From positions 2,844-66,843 of the forward strand of contig CAJVXN010000001.1 in assembly GCA_913009335.1 (NCBI GenBank): 64,000 bases of DNA, written 5' to 3'. Positions 35,582-48,219 of the stretch are shown one piece after another. The notes below the pieces were generated by a model. The model was not told the DNA's origin. It saw nothing but the letters and a program-made list of their open reading frames with translations, and made no database searches. Numbering within the stretch: position 1 is the stretch's first letter; every line of letters starts with the position of its first letter. Position numbers and translations under genes: made by a program. The stretch comes from an uncultured bacterium. GTDB lineage: Bacteria > Omnitrophota > Gorgyraeia > Ghiorseimicrobiales > Ghiorseimicrobiaceae.

Positions 35582-36214
35582 TCAAGAATGTGACTGAATC
35601 AAACTTTTTAAATCCAATGGTAAAGCAGAATAAAAACTTAACTTTTTTTTAGTTACCGGATGAAAAAATTCCAGGCGGCTTGCATGAAGAGCCGTGCGCT
35701 TAAATTTAATCTTAAAATCACGCCTATAGGCAAAACGCCGCTCCCCTAATAAAGGATGCCCAATCTGCTTAAAATGAATCCTTATCTGATTAGTCCTGCC
35801 CGTCTTAGGCAAAACATGCACTTGAGCAAAATCCTTAAACTGATTTATCACGCAATAGTGAGTTTCGGCAAGCCTTAAAGGATCTCGCAGATCACGCCTA
35901 ATATAGCTTTTAATCTCTCCGGTTTTCTTAGGTACCCCGCGCACAAATGCAATATACTCTTTTTTTACTTTTCTCTTACGGAAATCATCCATCACTGCCT
36001 GCTGGATTTTTTTACTCTTCGCATAGATAATAAGGCCCGAAGTATCCCTATCCAGGCGATGACACGGATAAAGCCTTATATTTTTTTTGTTTAAATTCTT
36101 ATTTAGAATAGAGGTGAGTGTATTTTTTTCTTTCCTAGGAGTAGGTACGGTAAGAAGTCCGGAAGGTTTATCTATAACTAAAATGTAATCGTCTTCGTAG
36201 ATAGTTTGAATCAT
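35582..36214 (-). CDS. RluA-family pseudouridine synthase
   Basis: DKPSG, HRLDRDTSG and TGRTNQIRIH motifs. Confidence 0.93.
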   Translation of the reverse strand: MIQTIYEDDYILVIDKPSGLLTVPTPRKEKNTLTSILNKNLNKKNIRLYPCHRLDRDTSGLIIYAKSKKIQQAVMDDFRKRKVKKEYIAFVRGVPKKTGEIKSYIRRDLRDPLRLAETHYCVINQFKDFAQVHVLPKTGRTNQIRIHFKQIGHPLLGERRFAYRRDFKIKFKRTALHASRLEFFHPVTKKKLSFYSALPLDLKSLIQSHS

Positions 36215-36289
36215 TATTTAACTAATAAAAAATAATACAGGCTTTATACATAAACACCTTAGGAATTTTTTGCCCATTTTAGATAAGTA

Positions 36290-36497
36290 AAAACAGTCTT
36301 ATGTTTTTAAACGAACTTGCAATTTAGTCAGGAGTCGCAGGTCTTTTAAGGAATACTTCTTGGATGAAAAAGACAAGAAAGACGCCAGCCGCATGTTTGA
36401 CCCCGACGGTACCGTCGGGGGAGTTCGGTGGCGCTTAAAATACCGAGAAACTGACGTGAAAAATTGCAACTTGAGCGAAAAAATATAAGACTGTTTT
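36290..36497. mobile_element. MITE-like long imperfect palindrome
   Basis: Ends aaaacagtcttatgttttt / aaaaatataagactgtttt; inner ttgcaattt/aaattgcaa; central ccccgacggtaccgtcgggg; no real ORF. Confidence 0.65.
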
Positions 36498-36504
36498 ATC
36501 GAAA

Positions 36505-38616
36505 TTACTTAACTAAGCTATTAGCTACAACAAACGAAGCAAAAACGATAGAAACCATAGACATTAATTTTATTAGAATATTTAATGACGGACCGGATGT
36601 ATCCTTAAAAGGGTCTCCTACTGTATCTCCCACCACAGTTGCCTTATGCTCAAAGGATCCCTTACCTCCGCATTCTTTACATTCTCCGCCTTCAATATAT
36701 TTTTTGGCGTTATCCCATGCTCCTCCGGAATTCGCCATCATAATTGCCAAAACAAAACCGCAGACTAAGGATCCGACAAGAAGTCCTACCTCTGCTTCAA
36801 TACCGATAAAAATACCGACAATAATCGGAGCAGATATCGCAAGAAGTGCAGGCAAGATCATTTCTTTCTGAGCGGCTGCCGTTACGATATCAACGCATCT
36901 TGCGTAATCAGGTTTGGCCTTACCTTCCATCAAACCCTTAATTTCCTTAAACTGACGCCTAACCTCCATGACAACTTTACTGGCTGCCCGACCAACTGCT
37001 CCCATAGTAAGCGCTGAAAATAAAAACGGCAGCATTCCTCCTATAAATAACCCACAGATAATCCGCGGATTCATAAGCGATAAATCCATTTCTTTGCCCA
37101 ATATGCCAATTTGTTCTTTATAAGCTGCGATTAGCGCAAGAGCAGTTAAAGCAGCTGAGCCAATAGCAAAACCTTTACCGGTTGCAGCCGTTGTATTACC
37201 TAATGAATCCAAAGCATCCGTTCTTTTTCGTACTTCTTTACCTAATCCGGACATCTCAGCATTTCCTCCGGCATTATCAGCCACGGGTCCATAAGCATCT
37301 GTGGCAAGAGTTATACCTAACGTAGAAAGCATGCCTACTGCCGCGATACCCACACCATAAATGCCCATATTAAAATTAGATGCCCCTCCTGATAAATAAA
37401 AACTAAGAAGAATTGCTATAACTACAACAATAATAGGAATAGCCGTCGAAAGCATACCCACACCGAGCCCGCTTATAATAACAGTTGCCGGGCCGGTTTT
37501 CGCGCTAAGGCAAATTGAACGGGTTGGAGAATACTTAGCGGATGTAAAAAATTCCGTAGATAACCCAATTAAAAGACCGGTAACAAGACCGGATAAAACA
37601 GCCCAATAGACACCCATATATTCAACACCTAAGGTAAATTTAATAATAAAATAGGATACAACTGCCATAATAAATGCCGCAGAAAATACACCCCTTCTCA
37701 GCGCCCAAAGAAGAGTCCCCTGGTCTGCTTTCTCTCCGGAGCGCACAAAGAAAGTACCGATAATTGAAGCGACTACACCGACTGAGGCCATAACCAAGGG
37801 AATTGTAACACCCTTTATGCCTAAGCCCGCAGCCACTGCTAAAGCCATTGTCGCAACTATTGAACCTACATAAGACTCATATAAATCCGCACCCATACCT
37901 GCGACATCTCCAACATTGTCTCCTACATTATCCGCAATAACCGCGGGATTCCTAGGGTCATCTTCAGGTATACCGGCTTCGATTTTTCCTACTAAATCCG
38001 CTCCCACATCCGCAGCCTTAGTAAATATACCCCCACCTACTCTGGCAAAGAGAGCTTGCGCGCTCGCGCCCATACCAAAACATAGCATAGTCGAAGTAAT
38101 TACCCCTATTTTATCTACCCCTATTGGTAAAGGATTTTTAGTATAATACCAATCAAGTAAAAAATACCATATACTCAAATCCAAGAGCCCTAACCCAACA
38201 ACTACCAAACCCATAACAGCCCCGGATGAAAATGCAACTGTCAATCCGCTATTTAAACTTTTCTCTGCTGCGCATGCGGTGCGGGCACTGGAATTTGTAG
38301 ATACCATCATGCCGATATATCCAGCAAGCGCGGAAAAAAATCCTCCGGTTAAAAAAGCAAAAGGAACAAAAACCGGAAGATAATCATTTAAGGAAAGTGC
38401 CAGTAAAATTAAAAATACGACACCGAAAAACAAAGACACGCCTAAATATTGACGCTTAATGTATGCTTTTGCGCCTACTTTTACGGCATTGGCAATCTCC
38501 CGCATTTTTTCAGTGCCTTCACTAAATCTAAAAATTCTAAACGAAAGGTATGCGGCAAATAATAATGCTAATGCCGAACCTATTGGCGCAAGATACAAAA
38601 TATTAAGCTTAAACAT
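36505..38616 (-). CDS. hppA: Membrane pyrophosphatase, K+-dependent (probably Na+-translocating)
   Basis: [28 protein letters not shown] and [10 protein letters not shown] motifs; GNTTAA has Ala, marking the K+-dependent class. Confidence 0.95.
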   Translation of the reverse strand: MFKLNILYLAPIGSALALLFAAYLSFRIFRFSEGTEKMREIANAVKVGAKAYIKRQYLGVSLFFGVVFLILLALSLNDYLPVFVPFAFLTGGFFSALAGYIGMMVSTNSSARTACAAEKSLNSGLTVAFSSGAVMGLVVVGLGLLDLSIWYFLLDWYYTKNPLPIGVDKIGVITSTMLCFGMGASAQALFARVGGGIFTKAADVGADLVGKIEAGIPEDDPRNPAVIADNVGDNVGDVAGMGADLYESYVGSIVATMALAVAAGLGIKGVTIPLVMASVGVVASIIGTFFVRSGEKADQGTLLWALRRGVFSAAFIMAVVSYFIIKFTLGVEYMGVYWAVLSGLVTGLLIGLSTEFFTSAKYSPTRSICLSAKTGPATVIISGLGVGMLSTAIPIIVVVIAILLSFYLSGGASNFNMGIYGVGIAAVGMLSTLGITLATDAYGPVADNAGGNAEMSGLGKEVRKRTDALDSLGNTTAATGKGFAIGSAALTALALIAAYKEQIGILGKEMDLSLMNPRIICGLFIGGMLPFLFSALTMGAVGRAASKVVMEVRRQFKEIKGLMEGKAKPDYARCVDIVTAAAQKEMILPALLAISAPIIVGIFIGIEAEVGLLVGSLVCGFVLAIMMANSGGAWDNAKKYIEGGECKECGGKGSFEHKATVVGDTVGDPFKDTSGPSLNILIKLMSMVSIVFASFVVANSLVK

Positions 38617-38704
38617 CTATTTTTCCTCGTAAGCTTTCTATAAAAATCCCGTCCGCCAGCGATCCTTGACGGACGGGGTGAATATTAAACCAATTAATTT
38701 TTAC

Positions 38705-39376
38705 TTATTTTTTCTTTAATTTCTCAACTGCTTCTGTTACCATTTCACCTACTAAATCCTTACAACCTAAACCAAACGCCAAAGCAAGCCCCAAACCTAA
38801 AGCTGCAAGAATAATAGTTATCAAGGTGTTAATAACCGCAGCTCCAATATTAAGCTGCTCCAAAGCAATAACTGATGCAAGAACAATAATAATAACTTCA
38901 ACTATTTTAGCCAGTAGTTTTGCTTGGTCAATTCCAGCGTTAGCTGCGGCTGTTTGAACTGTCGCAGATAAAAAAGTTGCCACAAACATACCTAACGCTA
39001 ATACGATTATAGCAATAATAACATTCGGTATATAAAGTATAATTTGATTCAGTAGATCTGCTGCCATAGTTAGGCCCACGGAATTTACAGCCACTACTAC
39101 CACAATAAGTAAAACCAGCCAATAACATATTGCGCCTATTAATTCGGCCAGTGTAAACTTAATTCCGCCTCTAGCTAAAAAAGAGTTTGCCCCGATTTGA
39201 TCGGCAATTGAATCAATCTTAATAAGCTTAAGCAGCCTAGTAATTAGACGCTGGATAAACTTTGCGATAAGCCAGCCGATAACAAGAATAATAATTACCA
39301 GGACAAGATTACCTAACAATACACCAATGCGGCTAAGTAAATTACTTATGGGTTCGAACAAAACCGTTCTCCACAT
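38705..39376 (-). CDS. TM-helix repeat membrane protein (MscS-associated/CmpX-like)
   Basis: Multiple TM helices, YIPN and ALAFGLG motifs; ATG at 39376 with an AGGAGG SD. Confidence 0.78.
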   Translation of the reverse strand: MWRTVLFEPISNLLSRIGVLLGNLVLVIIILVIGWLIAKFIQRLITRLLKLIKIDSIADQIGANSFLARGGIKFTLAELIGAICYWLVLLIVVVVAVNSVGLTMAADLLNQIILYIPNVIIAIIVLALGMFVATFLSATVQTAAANAGIDQAKLLAKIVEVIIIVLASVIALEQLNIGAAVINTLITIILAALGLGLALAFGLGCKDLVGEMVTEAVEKLKKK

Positions 39377-39389
39377 AATACTCCTCCTT

Positions 39390-39471
39390 TCAATGAACGC
39401 ATAACTTACGAACATAAACATGTGAGTAAGTTATATGCGTGAATTGATCCCGCCAACGGCGGGATACATTC
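39390..39471. repeat. G-A hairpin arm plus atcccgcc-aac-ggcgggat hairpin
   Basis: tcaaTGA-acgc-ataacttac...gtaagttat-at-gcgt-GAAttga. Confidence 0.85.
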
Positions 39472-39498
39472 CATTCAGTAACAGCACATAATAACGAA

Positions 39499-41115
<1,617 letters not shown>

Positions 41116-41181
41116 TTAAAATATCATACATGCAAACAAGTGTCAACACATTTTGCATATATTAGAGCAAATTTTATTTTT

Positions 41182-42879
41182 TTAAGTCTTTTTCTTCTCA
41201 ATCCGTATAAGAGTATCCACGATTTTTTTATCAAAATGCGCGCCCGCTTCTTCTTTTAATATTTGAAATGCTTTTTTCTTCGAAAATGCTTTTCGATAGG
41301 GCCTATCAGATGTAAGAGCCTGATATGCATCGGCGATTGCAATAATGCGGGCACACAACGGGATCTCTCCGTTTTTAAGATGTGACGGGTAACCCATCCC
41401 ATCCAATCTCTCGTGGTGATGAAGAACTATAGGCACAACGTCTTTTAAAAAATGTACGGCACGAATAATCTCGGCCCCTATCTGAGGATGTGTCTTAATT
41501 ATTTTGTATTCTTCGGGAGTAAGCTTACCTTTTTTTCGCAGTATCTCATCACTTATGCCGATTTTACCTATATCATGCAAAACAGCGGCCTTCTCCAGAT
41601 TATCTAAGATATTTTTATTTAATCCTATTTTTTTACCTATATCTGAAGCAATGGCGATCATTCTATCTGCATGCTCGGCCGTATAATAATCTCTCGCCTC
41701 AAGAGACTTAGAAAAAGCATACATCGACTCAAGTACCGCCTGATCAACCCGTTGCCCTAATTTTGTTATTTTCCTCTTAAGAATCTCTACTTCTTCCTTG
41801 TAATTTATCTTCCCGGATCTTTTCTTCTTATCTTTATATAGAGCACTAAAAACTGCTGTACGATTTCCTCCAGTCTCTTTAGCACGTTGCAGCGCCTTAT
41901 CTGCGGCATCAAATATTTCCTTTGTCTCGGTCAATTTACTCTCTCGGGAAAATTCTGATATACCAATACTGACTCTAATCTTAATAGATACATTACCTAT
42001 TTTAAAAATATGTTTATTTACTTGCTCTATTATTCTATTGGCGGTATTTAAAGCATTTCTTTTAGTAGCCTGCGGCATAACAACAACAAACTCTTCTCCG
42101 CCGTATCTTGTTAAAGTATCGCTCTTACGCAGGAGATTCTTAATGAAACCGGAAAGCTCCAATAGAACCCTATCTCCGATCTGATGCCCATATACATCAT
42201 TTATAGATTTAAAATAATCAATATCAATAATCAAAAGCGAAAGGGAAAAATAATGCCTTTTGCAAAGTTCAATTTCGGCTGATAATCTATCCATAAGATA
42301 GCGATAATTATAAAGTCCCGTGTGAGGATCCCGCAGCGTTAGCTCTTTTAATCTCTGCATATACCGCCTGCTCTCATCCTCTATTTTTCTACTCTCTGTA
42401 ATATCCCTTGAAATATGAACAATGGCTTTTATTTTTTTCCTGCTATCAAATACGGGATAGGTAATTACTTCTGAAAAATAAGGCTTACCCTTTCCATCAT
42501 AATGTGTATGCTCAGCCCTGGCAACTTCACCGGTTTTAATAGTTTCCTGCATCGGGCATGTATCCTTCGGAGGCATACATGGTGAGCTTCTTTTATGGGT
42601 GATTTCATAGCACTTTTTACCCCTGATATCTTTTAATGAAAACCCTTCCTTTTGTAGGTATTTCTTGTTTGCGGTAAGTATTGAATAATCACAAGGATCT
42701 ATAACTATTAATATATCAGATATGACATCGATGATATCGCGGAAAAGCGCCCTATCAAGCTCCATATCGAGCTCATTAGACTTACCAGCATTAATCGCAA
42801 ATCCATAACCGTTTGCGGCCAATGAAGTCTTTTTCTTGCATTGTTTAACTTTTTTATTTTTGGTTTGCTTTTTTTTCAT
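41182..42879 (-). CDS. PAS-GGDEF-HD-GYP cyclic-di-GMP enzyme
   Basis: PAS domain, RYGGEEF, LHDIGK, HHERLDG.GYP and DRPYR motifs. Confidence 0.93.
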   Translation of the reverse strand: MKKKQTKNKKVKQCKKKTSLAANGYGFAINAGKSNELDMELDRALFRDIIDVISDILIVIDPCDYSILTANKKYLQKEGFSLKDIRGKKCYEITHKRSSPCMPPKDTCPMQETIKTGEVARAEHTHYDGKGKPYFSEVITYPVFDSRKKIKAIVHISRDITESRKIEDESRRYMQRLKELTLRDPHTGLYNYRYLMDRLSAEIELCKRHYFSLSLLIIDIDYFKSINDVYGHQIGDRVLLELSGFIKNLLRKSDTLTRYGGEEFVVVMPQATKRNALNTANRIIEQVNKHIFKIGNVSIKIRVSIGISEFSRESKLTETKEIFDAADKALQRAKETGGNRTAVFSALYKDKKKRSGKINYKEEVEILKRKITKLGQRVDQAVLESMYAFSKSLEARDYYTAEHADRMIAIASDIGKKIGLNKNILDNLEKAAVLHDIGKIGISDEILRKKGKLTPEEYKIIKTHPQIGAEIIRAVHFLKDVVPIVLHHHERLDGMGYPSHLKNGEIPLCARIIAIADAYQALTSDRPYRKAFSKKKAFQILKEEAGAHFDKKIVDTLIRIEKKKT

Positions 42880-42897
42880 AATAAAATAGATTGCGCC

Positions 42898-43086
42898 TTA
42901 CGGATGATTAAGCCTGAACCATTCACACGTAAAACACTTCTTAATACCTTGTTTATTCACTCTCCCGCAGTATCCAGAAGCAACATGCCAGCAAGGCTGT
43001 CCGGACTTAAAAGCAGGACAGCTATTCCTCGTCTCCAGACTACACTGCCAATACTCCCAGCATTTCTTTGCATCTTTATTAGGCAC
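42898..43086 (-). CDS. Small Cys-rich 'two-CW' domain protein
   Basis: CWEYWQC...CPA...CW....YC...C..C pattern; translationally coupled to the upstream kinase. Confidence 0.75.
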   Translation of the reverse strand: MPNKDAKKCWEYWQCSLETRNSCPAFKSGQPCWHVASGYCGRVNKQGIKKCFTCEWFRLNHP

Positions 43087-44639
43087 TATTTCTTAACTAT
43101 CCTCTTGGGAATCTTAAAAACAAACTTGCTGCCCTTACCAATCTCCGACTCTACCCAAACTTCACCTTTATGTGCCTGGACGATAGCCTTAACAACAGAC
43201 AAGCCTAAACCTGTTCCACCTTTCTGACGTGCCTGCTTATCGTATATCTGTTTAAACTTATCAAATATATCCGCTTTTGCATCATCGGAAATTCCCGGAC
43301 CAGTGTCGCTTACTGAACACTCCAGAAAATCTTTTTTTTCTTCAACTTCAATCTTAATCTCTCCGCCCTCAGGTGTAAATTTAACAGCATTAGAGACAAG
43401 GTTTATCATAACCTGTTCTACTTTATTAAAATCAGCGGAAATCTTCAATAAACCTTTAGGCAGTAAAGAACTTACCTTTATCTTTTTCTGTTTAATTAAA
43501 ACTTCAAAATCACTCAGGCAGCGCTGTATAATACTCCCCACATCAACATCTTCAATAGTTAATTCATATAGACCGGATTCAAATTTAGATAAATCCAAAA
43601 GATCGCTTGTTAAATCCAATAAACGATCAGAAGTATTTTTGATTATTTCAAGACATTCTCTCTGGGGCTTATTTATTTCTCCTACTACACCATCTAAAAC
43701 ATTTCCCGCGCTTGCTTTAATTATACTTAAAGGGGTCTTTAATTCATGCGTTGCCATAGAAATAAAATCTGCTTTTATCTGTTCAGCTTCTTTGATTTTA
43801 GTAATATCTTTTAGTACGCAGACAGCACCAACTAATTTTCGCTCATCATCTCTCAATAAAGATACGCTAAGTAAAGCGGACATTATTCCATTACGCCTAC
43901 GTTGAGCAAACTTAAACTCAACTTCCACATCAATAGCATCTTTACCCGATGTAAATACGTCATAAAAATAACATGCATCCTTACATAATGACCCCGAAAA
44001 AACATCGCAGCATTTCTTTCCCAATGCGTTTTTTACCGGTATAGTTGTCATCTGCGCCATAATCGGATTATAAGAAGTAATCGTCCTTTCTTCATCAACA
44101 ACCACTAAACCTTCAGCAAGACTAGATAGTATAGTTTCAACTTTTAATCTTTCTAGTGTCGAGCTGTAAAGATGCTTGTCGAGTAATGCTGAAAGTTTGG
44201 ATAAAATCTCAATAGGATCAGAAAGAGAAACCCCCGGAATATCAACATCACTTTTGATTTTACTGTATCTTGCGACAAACTTCTTAACTGTCTTAAGAAT
44301 AGTCTTGGGAGTATTGAAATCTTTAACCATAAACTCATCCGCACCCGTCTCAAGACTCCAAAATTTTTCAGTTTTTCCTTCCGCGCTCGTTAAAATTATT
44401 ACGGGTATATCACAAACACTTACATCATCCTTAAGCAAGCGGCAGACCTGATAACCGTTAACTTTCGGCATAAATATATCCAGGAGTATAGTATCCGGAC
44501 GCTCTAAATACGCCGCCTCTATTGCTTCAATACCGTTTGAAGCGGTCAGCGTAACATATCCGGCGCCCTGCAAAATAGAACTCAACATGTTTCTTACTGT
44601 AGGACTATCATCGGCGATTAAAATTTTACTTTGACTCAT
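43086..44639 (-). CDS. Hybrid REC-PAS histidine kinase
   Basis: N-terminal receiver (ADDS, D..MP), PAS, HELKTPL, NAVKFT and GTGLGL; probable ATG at 44639. Confidence 0.92.
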   Translation of the reverse strand: MSQSKILIADDSPTVRNMLSSILQGAGYVTLTASNGIEAIEAAYLERPDTILLDIFMPKVNGYQVCRLLKDDVSVCDIPVIILTSAEGKTEKFWSLETGADEFMVKDFNTPKTILKTVKKFVARYSKIKSDVDIPGVSLSDPIEILSKLSALLDKHLYSSTLERLKVETILSSLAEGLVVVDEERTITSYNPIMAQMTTIPVKNALGKKCCDVFSGSLCKDACYFYDVFTSGKDAIDVEVEFKFAQRRRNGIMSALLSVSLLRDDERKLVGAVCVLKDITKIKEAEQIKADFISMATHELKTPLSIIKASAGNVLDGVVGEINKPQRECLEIIKNTSDRLLDLTSDLLDLSKFESGLYELTIEDVDVGSIIQRCLSDFEVLIKQKKIKVSSLLPKGLLKISADFNKVEQVMINLVSNAVKFTPEGGEIKIEVEEKKDFLECSVSDTGPGISDDAKADIFDKFKQIYDKQARQKGGTGLGLSVVKAIVQAHKGEVWVESEIGKGSKFVFKIPKRIVKK

Positions 44640-46180
44640 TTCGGTCTCACCGTCTCGATATTTTTCTTGCATGCGGCAAGCAAAACTTCGGTTGTTACAT
44701 CCTCTGAAAATGTAATTATTTCATTTTTCGGTTTACTCTCAAGTATATTTATCGCGTTTTTAAATTCTCTTTTTGCTTCCGCATATTTACCCTGACAATA
44801 AAAAATGTTCGCAAGATTAAAATGCGCTAAAACTATTTTCCCATCAATATAGATTACCTTCTTAAACTCTTCTATTGCCATACTAAAATCCTCAAGTTTG
44901 TTGCTAAGAACCCCCATTAGATAATAGGCCTCTATAAAAAGATTATCTGCTTTAATAATTTTTTTTAATTCTATTACTGCCTCTTTATATTTTCCCTGAT
45001 TAGAAAGTATCGTTGCCTTAGCAAAATAAGCCTTAAGAAAATTAGGGTCAGAATTAATAACTCCATTAAATACCTCTAAAGCCTTATCGTGCTCTTTCTG
45101 ATTAAACAACTCAATCCCCTCTTGATAACGGGCCTTCATTGCTTCATGGGATAACTTTTCTTTTTTTGCCACTATTTCTTCTATATCAATAAGAAGATCT
45201 TCGTCTTCATCCGTAGAAATAGAGCCCAGGTCAAGTTCCGGTATGTTGATAAAAGGTTTTTCTGTTTCATATACAGGAACATCTGTAAGTTGTTTTTTAT
45301 ATACGAAAACATGGGGGAATTCTATTGATTTAAATTTAGTTGATATCTGCCATAAGCTTTCAGCCGGACCAATAAACAACGAACCCTGATCGTTTACAGA
45401 TTCATAAAATTTATCGATAATCCGCTTTGTAGTCTCGAGGTCAAAATAAATAAGTACATTTCGGCAAAATATAACATCCACACCCTTCATATATTCTATA
45501 TTAATCGCGTCTTTTGCTAAATTGTGTTCCGTGAATCGAACTAATCTTTTAATCTCATCAGAAACTTCGTATTTATCGTCCCTTTGAATAAAATATTTAT
45601 CTAAAATAGCCGGGCCTAGATTTCGCAATGAACGCCCCTTGTAGAATCCCAGCTTAGCGCGAGAGATGCGTTCGCGATTAACATCTGTTGCCAGTATAGA
45701 TACTGTATGATAATTAGCCTCGGGCATAATCTCTAGGATTTTAATGGCTAAAGAATATGGCTCCTCACCGGTAGAGCATCCCGCGGACCAAATTTTTATA
45801 ACCGGATTATCCAAACCAAGAAAGTTATTCGCAGATACTCTTTTTAAAATATCATACTTACGGCGAATTATCTCCGGCAGGATAAATTCACTAAACACAT
45901 CAAGTTGCGCCGGAGTCCTAAAGAATTCTGTCTCCCCGATAGTTATCGATTCCAAGAGAAGGTGTAATTCAACACGCCCTTCAGAAGAAGAAACTATAAA
46001 ATTATAATATTCATCAAAAGAGGAAAAACTATTTTTAAGGAGCCTTTCCAGTAAAGACATGGCCAGGGAATCTTTTTGATCGTCGCTAAAATATATACCG
46101 CTTTCATCAAGGATAAGTTGACGAAAGAACTTAAAACTATCATTGCTTAAATTGTGACCATCTAAAGAAGATCTGCGCAT
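44636..46180 (-). CDS. cheR: CheR methyltransferase with C-terminal TPR repeats (WspC/FrzF-like)
   Basis: ET.FFR, WSAGCSTGEEPYS and CRNVLIYF motifs; TPRs. Confidence 0.93.
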   Translation of the reverse strand: MRRSSLDGHNLSNDSFKFFRQLILDESGIYFSDDQKDSLAMSLLERLLKNSFSSFDEYYNFIVSSSEGRVELHLLLESITIGETEFFRTPAQLDVFSEFILPEIIRRKYDILKRVSANNFLGLDNPVIKIWSAGCSTGEEPYSLAIKILEIMPEANYHTVSILATDVNRERISRAKLGFYKGRSLRNLGPAILDKYFIQRDDKYEVSDEIKRLVRFTEHNLAKDAINIEYMKGVDVIFCRNVLIYFDLETTKRIIDKFYESVNDQGSLFIGPAESLWQISTKFKSIEFPHVFVYKKQLTDVPVYETEKPFINIPELDLGSISTDEDEDLLIDIEEIVAKKEKLSHEAMKARYQEGIELFNQKEHDKALEVFNGVINSDPNFLKAYFAKATILSNQGKYKEAVIELKKIIKADNLFIEAYYLMGVLSNKLEDFSMAIEEFKKVIYIDGKIVLAHFNLANIFYCQGKYAEAKREFKNAINILESKPKNEIITFSEDVTTEVLLAACKKNIETVRPK

Positions 46181-46251
46181 AACTTAAGGCCTAAAAATGT
46201 TATCGGATTAATCTTTTCTAACTATATAGAAAATAAAACAGAGAGCATCAC

Positions 46252-46614
46252 CTAAGGAAGCATACTATTAGCTGCTTCAATTATTTTTAAAGGGTCCGTA
46301 TCTTTAGTAATAAATTTATCTGCGCCGCACTCAAGCCCAAGATTTTTTGAATCACTATCTTGACGTCCGGTAAGCATTATGACTTTTATTTGCTTTAACT
46401 TTTCGTCCTTTTTAATCATTGTGCACACATGAAAACCGTCCATCTTCGGAAGCATTAAATCCAGAAGCATTAAATCCGGCATTTCTTTTCGCGCAAGAGT
46501 TAATGCATCTATACCGTTATCAGAAGTTATAATCTTACATTTATCCGACTCAAGCCCTTTCTTAAGAAGCGCAACTATGGTAGGACTGTCATCTACGATT
46601 AAAACCTTAGCCAT
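46252..46614 (-). CDS. Single-domain response regulator (CheY-like)
   Basis: VDDS and LD.MLPKMDG motifs, conserved T and K. Confidence 0.9.
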   Translation of the reverse strand: MAKVLIVDDSPTIVALLKKGLESDKCKIITSDNGIDALTLARKEMPDLMLLDLMLPKMDGFHVCTMIKKDEKLKQIKVIMLTGRQDSDSKNLGLECGADKFITKDTDPLKIIEAANSMLP

Positions 46615-47101
46615 TTATCTTCCTCCTTCTTACCTGTAGTAAGTGTTTTATTTCTTTATCGCTTAATACAGATGCTAAATCAAGAACAATGGTCATTTTT
46701 TCATTAATTTTTGCAACACCTGCAATAACATCATTATTTATTTGAGAACTTACAACCTCCGGCGCATTTTCTAATTTTTGCTCATCTAAATCCACCACTT
46801 TAAGCACGCTGTCTACAATAATCCCCAATAACGCATCTTTAATACGTGTAATTATAATACGTGTATCTTTATTTATTTGGCGGCTATTTAAATCAAAATA
46901 TTTACGCAGATCAACAATCCCTATAATGTGACCCCGTAAATCTATAACCCCTTCGATAAATTCCGGTGTTTTAGGCACCGGAGAAATCTCGCGAAACATC
47001 AAAACTTCCCTTACGCACTTTACATCTACAGCAAAATGCTGCCCACTCAAAGTAAAAACAACTATGTTAATTTTCTTTTCATCTCTTATCAAATCACTCA
47101 T
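46607..47101 (-). CDS. cheW: CheW adaptor
   Basis: VREV, P.TPEFIEGVIDLRG and GIIVD motifs. Confidence 0.93.
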   Translation of the reverse strand: MSDLIRDEKKINIVVFTLSGQHFAVDVKCVREVLMFREISPVPKTPEFIEGVIDLRGHIIGIVDLRKYFDLNSRQINKDTRIIITRIKDALLGIIVDSVLKVVDLDEQKLENAPEVVSSQINNDVIAGVAKINEKMTIVLDLASVLSDKEIKHLLQVRRRKING

Positions 47102-47112
47102 TACCTTTTGCC

Positions 47113-48174
47113 TTATGTTGAGCGCGATACCATATCAATAATTGCTTCAGCTATTAATTCAGGAGGCAGCACTTTATCTATATTCCCTGCCTCGATTGCT
47201 TCTTTGGGCATACCATAAATAACACAGGATTCTTCATTCTGGGCTATGGTTCTTCCGCCTAATTGTTTAATCGTTTTGATACCCGAAACTCCATCTTTAC
47301 CCATCCCGGTTAATATTACGCCTATTGTTTTACTACCATAATTCTTAGCCGCAGACTCAAATAAAACATCGGCAGAAGGTTTAAAATGTCCGCACGGAGC
47401 ATCATCGGTAAGCCCGATTATTCCTTCTCTATATATTACCATGTGGGTATCCGTAGGAGCTACATAAGCCGTACCCATTTCAAGTTTTTGGTTATCCCGG
47501 GGTATTTTTACTTCCAACGGGCAATTTTTAGATAACCACTCCACAAAACCTTCATCAAAACCCCTGGCAATATGCTGAACCACTAAAATAGCAGCAGGAA
47601 TGCTAGGAGGAATTTTCGCTAAAATTGAAGCGACTACCTGTGGGCCGCCGGTTGAGGCTGCGATTACTACAATATTGTTAAAAGTCGTACTTTCAGATAC
47701 CCCTTCTATTATTTTTTTCAGACTAGATGGTTTCGGCTTAATCTGTAATTTTGCCAGAGGATGCCTAATTACTTTTATTTTCGATAAAAGTTTTATCTTT
47801 TCGATAAGATCATCGACTCCATCATTCCCTGTAGAATCTTGCTCAAAATTTGTCTTCTCTAAAACATCCAAGGCGCCAAACGATATTGCCTGGAAAACTT
47901 TATTTTTCTTTCGCGAATGTGAAGCAGTTAAAATAAGAATGGGCGTGGGGCGATATGCCATGATTTGTTTTGTAGCCTCAACTCCATCCATATCAGGCAT
48001 CATAATATCCATGGTTATGATATCCGGCTTAAGGTCCATAGACATCTTAATACCTTCTCTACCTGTTACGGCTACACCAACTACTTTTAATTCTGGATCA
48101 GAATCAAAAATCCTGGTTAAAATTTTTGATACCAAAAGAGAATCTTCAACTATAAGAAGTTTAATCAATTTCAT
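47113..48174 (-). CDS. cheB: CheB methylesterase (REC plus catalytic domain)
   Basis: ASTGGP, VQHI, PSAD.LF and LTGMGKDG motifs. Confidence 0.95.
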   Translation of the reverse strand: MKLIKLLIVEDSLLVSKILTRIFDSDPELKVVGVAVTGREGIKMSMDLKPDIITMDIMMPDMDGVEATKQIMAYRPTPILILTASHSRKKNKVFQAISFGALDVLEKTNFEQDSTGNDGVDDLIEKIKLLSKIKVIRHPLAKLQIKPKPSSLKKIIEGVSESTTFNNIVVIAASTGGPQVVASILAKIPPSIPAAILVVQHIARGFDEGFVEWLSKNCPLEVKIPRDNQKLEMGTAYVAPTDTHMVIYREGIIGLTDDAPCGHFKPSADVLFESAAKNYGSKTIGVILTGMGKDGVSGIKTIKQLGGRTIAQNEESCVIYGMPKEAIEAGNIDKVLPPELIAEAIIDMVSRST

Positions 48175-48219
48175 CTATCCTTCCCATTACTTAACAATAC
48201 AGAAAATAATACTTAAATA

